Made by a program: the position numbers and the translations under genes. DNA of 47,148 nt from Sanchytrium tribonematis (taxonomy: Eukaryota), in NCBI GenBank assembly GCA_018985235.1, contig JADGIG010000018.1:1-47148 (forward strand), written 5' to 3'. Under the pieces are notes generated by a model that was given only the letters and a program-made list of their open reading frames with translations, searched no databases and had not been told where the DNA came from. Positions 42,510 through 47,148 of this stretch are shown here, in pieces (position 1 is the stretch's first letter; each line of letters starts with the position of its first letter).

Positions 42510-43785
42510 ATGGATAGAACCGGCATTCCGAAGAAGAGACGAAAGGTGACCAAAGCATGTGTTTATTGCCGAAGGAGTCATCTAACATGCGACGATGGGC
42601 GGCCTTGTCAAAGATGTATAAAAAGAGGGATAGCTGGTCTGTGTAAGGATGAGCCAAGTAGTAAAACAAACAACAATAACAATAAGCAACCTCCAAATCA
42701 ATTCTATCCAAGCCTTCAATTCAATGCTATCAACACTCAAAACGAAGCCAACTTTTTTGGGCAACCCGGACAAGTAGATTTTGATGTCCCATTATTTGCG
42801 AAACCACAAACCACCACAATGGCATCCCCGAATATTCCAGACCTGCCCTTGATAAACCCATTTGAGTCACCTATAGCTATGATGCAAAATATCAATCCTT
42901 TCTTACCGCAACAAGTAGAACCTGCCAATTTTTCCCAAAGTGCTAAACAATTAAATCAATCTCAACCTCAACCTCAGCCAAACATTCAAATCAAAGTTCC
43001 AGAGCAAACGAAAGCCATGAGTCCTTTGCAGCAAAGTATCCAGTTGCAAGGAAGTCCTATAGTAATCAAGTCAGTTATCCCAGATCAGACCTTTATTAAT
43101 ACAAATTCCAAAAATGTAAAATCCCCAGAAGAATGTGTTGAGATAAGCGCAGATCCATACAGCGCTCTCCCAACATTAGGTTTAAGACAAATTATTCAGG
43201 CAAAATTTGAGGCTGGCCTTCTAAAGCCTTTTAACTATGCTCAATCCTATCACGAACTGCTCTCACATATGAAAAACTTTTCCGACAAAAATAGATCCAG
43301 AGTCCTGCTCTGCATATCCAAATTTAGGCCTTACTTCAGAGAAATTTCGGGAGCTCAAAATGATGTGGACCTCATTTTAGTAGAGGAAAAATTCGAGAAA
43401 CTACTAATAGAGTACGATAGAGTACTTTCGTGTATGGGGATGCCGGCGGCGTGTTGGTAATTTAAATTTAAGTAGGAGAAGAACTGGAGAGATATATAAA
43501 GCTAACCGACAATTCTGCCACTTGGTTGGTAAGACTAGAAATGAATTATTAAAAATGAAGATATTTGAACTAATGAACGAAGAGAGTTGCGTGAATTATT
43601 GGGAAAGGTATTCCGCAATTGCTTTTGATTCTGGCCAGAAAGCAGTTCTCACTGCTTGTGTCACATCTGGTCCAAACCCTATTAATTGCAGTTTTGGATT
43701 TACAGTAAGAAGGGATCAAAATTTGGTACCTATATTAATTATAGGCAATTTATTGCCTACGGATTCGACATTGATGCAATATTAA
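42510..43785 (+). CDS. Zn(II)2Cys6 transcription factor with PAS-like C-terminus, AcuM/Rds2 type; 2 exons (42510-43456, 43476-43785), 418 aa
   Basis: CVYCRRSHLTCDDGRPCQRCIKR...LC, AGLLKPFNY, W-RRTGEIY, YWE..IAFD.GQKAVLTAC. Confidence 0.9.
43457..43475 (+). other. 19-nt spliceosomal intron
   Basis: GTAATTTAAATTTAAGTAG; restores the conserved CW-RRTGEIYKAN. Confidence 0.92.
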
Positions 43786-43958
43786 TAAACTTTACTTTCT
43801 ACGCTGTTTTTGCATCAAGAATTGATTTTGTTTTTCATCTGCTTCACAAGCCGAACAAACCACATCCTGAATGCTATTCTTAAACTAATCGTCAACATGA
43901 TGACTCCAAGTTTCACTAATCACTACGTTGATTTTTCATTTCTCCCCTACTTAAGAAA

Positions 43959-44273
43959 ATGCTGTGTCGTATTTTGTTTGGTGGAAGAGTGACTAAAATA
44001 AGTTGGAAAATGAATAGCACTAGGCGAGCAAATCACAGAAAGCGCTTATTAGCCGAAGATGCGGTAATTAAAGCTGTTAAGGACTCAGGAGTCGAGTTAA
44101 AATCACTGGACAAAATTAAAGATTGGCCGACCTACTCGCAAATGTCGAGAACCTTGAGGTACTTTATTTTTTCAAAAAAGAGTCCCAATTTCTTAAAGGG
44201 TGTAAATACCGTACCTCATTTCACTAAAGTTTCCTTTCAAAGAGTAATGCCTAAAATTGTCAAGCAAAAATAA
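43959..44273 (+). CDS. MRPL31: Mitochondrial ribosomal protein mL60
   Basis: LFGG..KISWKM.STRRANHRKRL...D.VI, KGV..VPHFTK. Confidence 0.8.
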   Translation: MLCRILFGGRVTKISWKMNSTRRANHRKRLLAEDAVIKAVKDSGVELKSLDKIKDWPTYSQMSRTLRYFIFSKKSPNFLKGVNTVPHFTKVSFQRVMPKIVKQK

Positions 44274-44274
44274 A

Positions 44275-45267
44275 CTATAATTTGTACTTTTGATCAGTGT
44301 ATACTCTTAGTATCTGATATGCATTCATGGAAATCAACCGATCGTACATCTGCCAGATTTGCTTCTCTTTTTCGGGGCTTGATTGTAATAATTGAATGAC
44401 TCTTTCCTTCAAGCCTAAAGAATGAAGAAATTCTGTTTGAGATCCAAATTTGGAAGAAACGCCATAAGTTGTAGCCAATTTAGTAAAAGTTTCGAAATCT
44501 ACGTCCGACGTAAGGTCAGATTCACCAGGATAAGCCAATGGCTCTACGTATTTGTGATCTTTGATAGCCCGAAAAGTGTTTCCAATCTGTCCAAATTTTC
44601 CGTAGTCAATTGTATACATCATTCCTCTAGATTTTTTGATTTTATTAAGGACCAAGGAAAAAATATTTTCACGCTGTCTCGATATTTCAATAACGGGTTC
44701 TTTGTACGTTTTAGGAATAATCTCATCAAAATCTTCATTGTAAACATATTTTAAGCTATTTTCAGAGCTTGCAACATTGCATATATGCCAAATTCCATCG
44801 ATGAATTTAAATTGTTCCATTGGAATTGCATCGAAATATTCGTGAGCAATAAAGATCAATGAATTGCTAGTTTCAATGTCGCCTAGATTTACGCTCCATT
44901 TTAATGGAACGTTAAAAGGTTTTAAAATTTCTCTTTGCTTTGATTTTAAAAGTTCAGACGTTTCGAATAAATTAACTCTAGCTATTGGAAATTTGAGCTT
45001 TTGAAAAGTTCGCAGCATATCACTCATTAATTTGCCTTGTCCTGGGCCCAACTCAACAAGCTCGACGGGCTGATTGCTGTGGCTATAAACTATTCCGATT
45101 GCTAAAAGCTCGCCTATTAGTTGTGTAAATTCGGGAGAAGTGACGAAATCACCCTGAGATCCAAACACCTGCTTTGTCGTATAGTAGCCGTGATTTGGGT
45201 CCGTCAAACAAATATCCATATATCTCCCCAAAGTCATTGGCGTCAATTTTTTCAAAATTTTAAACAT
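44275..45267 (-). CDS. NDUFAF7: Complex I assembly arginine methyltransferase (NDUFAF7/MidA)
   Basis: YMDICLTDP.HGYY, GDFVTSPE, VELGPGQG, AHEYFDAIP, IDYG, PGESDLTSDVDF; ATG at 45267. Confidence 0.92.
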   Translation of the reverse strand: MFKILKKLTPMTLGRYMDICLTDPNHGYYTTKQVFGSQGDFVTSPEFTQLIGELLAIGIVYSHSNQPVELVELGPGQGKLMSDMLRTFQKLKFPIARVNLFETSELLKSKQREILKPFNVPLKWSVNLGDIETSNSLIFIAHEYFDAIPMEQFKFIDGIWHICNVASSENSLKYVYNEDFDEIIPKTYKEPVIEISRQRENIFSLVLNKIKKSRGMMYTIDYGKFGQIGNTFRAIKDHKYVEPLAYPGESDLTSDVDFETFTKLATTYGVSSKFGSQTEFLHSLGLKERVIQLLQSSPEKEKQIWQMYDRLISMNAYQILRVYTDQKYKL

Positions 45268-45378
45268 ATGTATGTAACCTCCTATTACAAAGCCAAAATT
45301 GATAACTTGCAATTAAAACCAACCCAAACTAAATTTTAAGCGCGTTTATAATATCTTGGCGGAATCAACTTAGGCCAA

Positions 45379-46383
45379 ATGAAGATGTGTTTGATAAATT
45401 TTCCAGAGGAAATTTTAGAAAAGATTTTTTGTAACTTGAGAACTAAAGAACTTATACCATTACTACAGATAAAAGTTTTGAATCAAATTGTTAAAAAACG
45501 ACTATTTAGTGTTTTAAGAATTGAAAACGATAATCAAATTATGCCGCCAAGATCAACCTGGGAACACATAAGAAGGTTGGAATGTTTTAATATGCCATTT
45601 TCCAAAATTGACTCCCAACTAAAATATTTTCCAAATTTGCAACAATTGGTACTAGATGACTGCTCTGCAGATTGCAACTTCGAGCTCCCTGCAGTCAAAA
45701 CTCTTGTGCTTGGCAACACCTCGAGTAGCCATTTGAAACTACCACTTAATAGTTATAATATGCTAGCCATAACTTTGACTAATTCAAACAAAGAAACTTT
45801 TAAACACCTTAAAGCGAATATGTTACATATCACCATACAATGCTTTGAATCCTTTATAGAAATTTTGCCACACCTCAATTGTAAGGAACTCTATGTTTAT
45901 GGAGATGAATGTGAAATGCCCAAAAGATCCCAAAATTGGAAGCTTACTCAAAAGTTTGAAAAGCTTTCTTTGTGTGGCATGTTGCCTTTAAATTTTGTTC
46001 ACAATTTACTTCAGCACACTAAATCAAATACTTTGAATCTCGAACTGGTGGAAATGTCAAGCGACTGGAAAGACGTGCTTGCTAGTCATCCCAGATTAAA
46101 TGTTCTTGTTCAGGAGGATTCTGATTCGTGTATAGAAAAGTGGAACTTACCAATGAATATTTTGCAAGTAAATGGAACCTTGTGTGCAGATATTGCCTAT
46201 CTCTGTGGCTACGCAAACTACATTGTGTTTGATAAATGCCTATCAGGAAAATTGAAGACCAACTTAAAGTTGCTACAGCAAAACTATAAAAAGTGCTTAA
46301 AAGGGGTCACCCTTATCAATTACAAGGTGAAGCAAGAAATTTTACAGAAGATGAAGCTTCCTGTGAATGTGAATCTGATTTAG
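45379..46383 (+). CDS. F-box protein with LRR-like region
   Basis: LINFPEEILEKIFCNL F-box start; FPNLQQLVL. Confidence 0.8.
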   Translation: MKMCLINFPEEILEKIFCNLRTKELIPLLQIKVLNQIVKKRLFSVLRIENDNQIMPPRSTWEHIRRLECFNMPFSKIDSQLKYFPNLQQLVLDDCSADCNFELPAVKTLVLGNTSSSHLKLPLNSYNMLAITLTNSNKETFKHLKANMLHITIQCFESFIEILPHLNCKELYVYGDECEMPKRSQNWKLTQKFEKLSLCGMLPLNFVHNLLQHTKSNTLNLELVEMSSDWKDVLASHPRLNVLVQEDSDSCIEKWNLPMNILQVNGTLCADIAYLCGYANYIVFDKCLSGKLKTNLKLLQQNYKKCLKGVTLINYKVKQEILQKMKLPVNVNLI

Positions 46384-46396
46384 ATTGTAAATAAAT

Positions 46397-46534
46397 TTAT
46401 TCCAACAATCTCAAATTCATTTCCATTGTATCCATACAGTCCAACATAATTTGCTGCAATTCTGTGTAAGCTGCACTCAATCTTCCCATTATTTCAATAT
46501 TCTGAGTTTTAGCAAGTGTGATCTTATTATCCAT
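46397..46534 (-). CDS. Small 45-aa helical protein (absent from ORF track)
   Basis: MDNKITLAKTQNIEIMGRLSAAYTELQQIMLDCMDTMEMNLRLLE*; AAAATG start and AATAAA stop context; fills the intergenic gap. Confidence 0.5.
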   Translation of the reverse strand: MDNKITLAKTQNIEIMGRLSAAYTELQQIMLDCMDTMEMNLRLLE

Positions 46535-46566
46535 TTTCACGTTTGAGTTCGAAACAGGAAGATTTT

Positions 46567-47148
46567 ATGCAGCAAATTTGTGAATTTTATGAATACCGAA
46601 AAACTCCAAATAAACTGCCTAACGATTTAGATAGAATATTTAGATCTTTATTGGCAATTGAAAAGTCTAAAGTTTTGTACTATAGATCACTAGGAATTTA
46701 TTTTTTAAATCAAATGGCTAAAACCCAATCGGATTCATCACTAGTTCAAGAAAAAGGGCAAAAACATTTAAAGGAGCATCTTTCTCTACTACACAAACAA
46801 ACTTCAGTTTGGGTCAATTCCTACATCAAATGCGGGTTACAAGACTTTTCAAATAATACACCTGGCCTAAATTTACATGTTATTGGAATTGTACACTTTA
46901 AGAAATTGTATAAGAAAAGCGACTTAGTCTGGATGCTGAATAGTTTTGAAGACGCACTTGGATGTTCTGTACTACTTGGTATAGAAGAATTAGTATTTCG
47001 CCCATTTATTGAAAAATTAAAGAATAGAATCACATTGATTTTAGAAACAAAAAAACATACGGAATTGGTTATTAACGATTCAAAAATTGAGTTGTACGCA
47101 CCCGAATGTTTTCATAACGTTGCTGAATATTCATCATCTTTGACTATC
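46567..47148 (+). CDS. Hypothetical protein, 3'-partial (runs off the window)
   Basis: Manual translation MQQICEFYEYRKTPNKLPNDL... stays open for 194 codons to the window end. Confidence 0.7.
   Translation, partial: MQQICEFYEYRKTPNKLPNDLDRIFRSLLAIEKSKVLYYRSLGIYFLNQMAKTQSDSSLVQEKGQKHLKEHLSLLHKQTSVWVNSYIKCGLQDFSNNTPGLNLHVIGIVHFKKLYKKSDLVWMLNSFEDALGCSVLLGIEELVFRPFIEKLKNRITLILETKKHTELVINDSKIELYAPECFHNVAEYSSSLTI

Overview
Very compact, AT-rich eukaryotic nuclear DNA read in the standard code, with about 40 tightly packed protein genes. Intergenic spacers are often under 60 bp and some convergent genes abut or overlap. Fungal markers (Zn2Cys6 AcuM/Rds2-type factor, fused Ade2, Nth1, Sip5-like, Lcl3, mL60/MrpL31, Msh1) plus a DUF4200/CFAP73-CFAP100-like flagellar gene point to a fast-evolving zoosporic, early-diverging fungus; a sanchytrid-like lineage is only my inference. 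The main signal is a set of ultra-short spliceosomal introns. Ten GT-AG introns of 19-21 nt (seven 19, two 20, one 21) explain the split ORFs. All ten end in T-N-A-N-N-TAG, which places a candidate branch A exactly 6 nt from the 3' end. Other points of interest: a Med25-like Mediator subunit revealed by splicing, a Set9-like methyltransferase with PWWP-like and Tudor-like modules, an HP1-like protein with a long tail, a minimal Bud13, a stand-alone MATA-type HMG box, small genes missed by the ORF track (TMA7 and a 45-aa ORF), and two structured non-coding candidates flanking TMA7. I recognised no tRNA, rRNA, CRISPR array or transposon. All family calls come from motif recognition by eye, not database searches.
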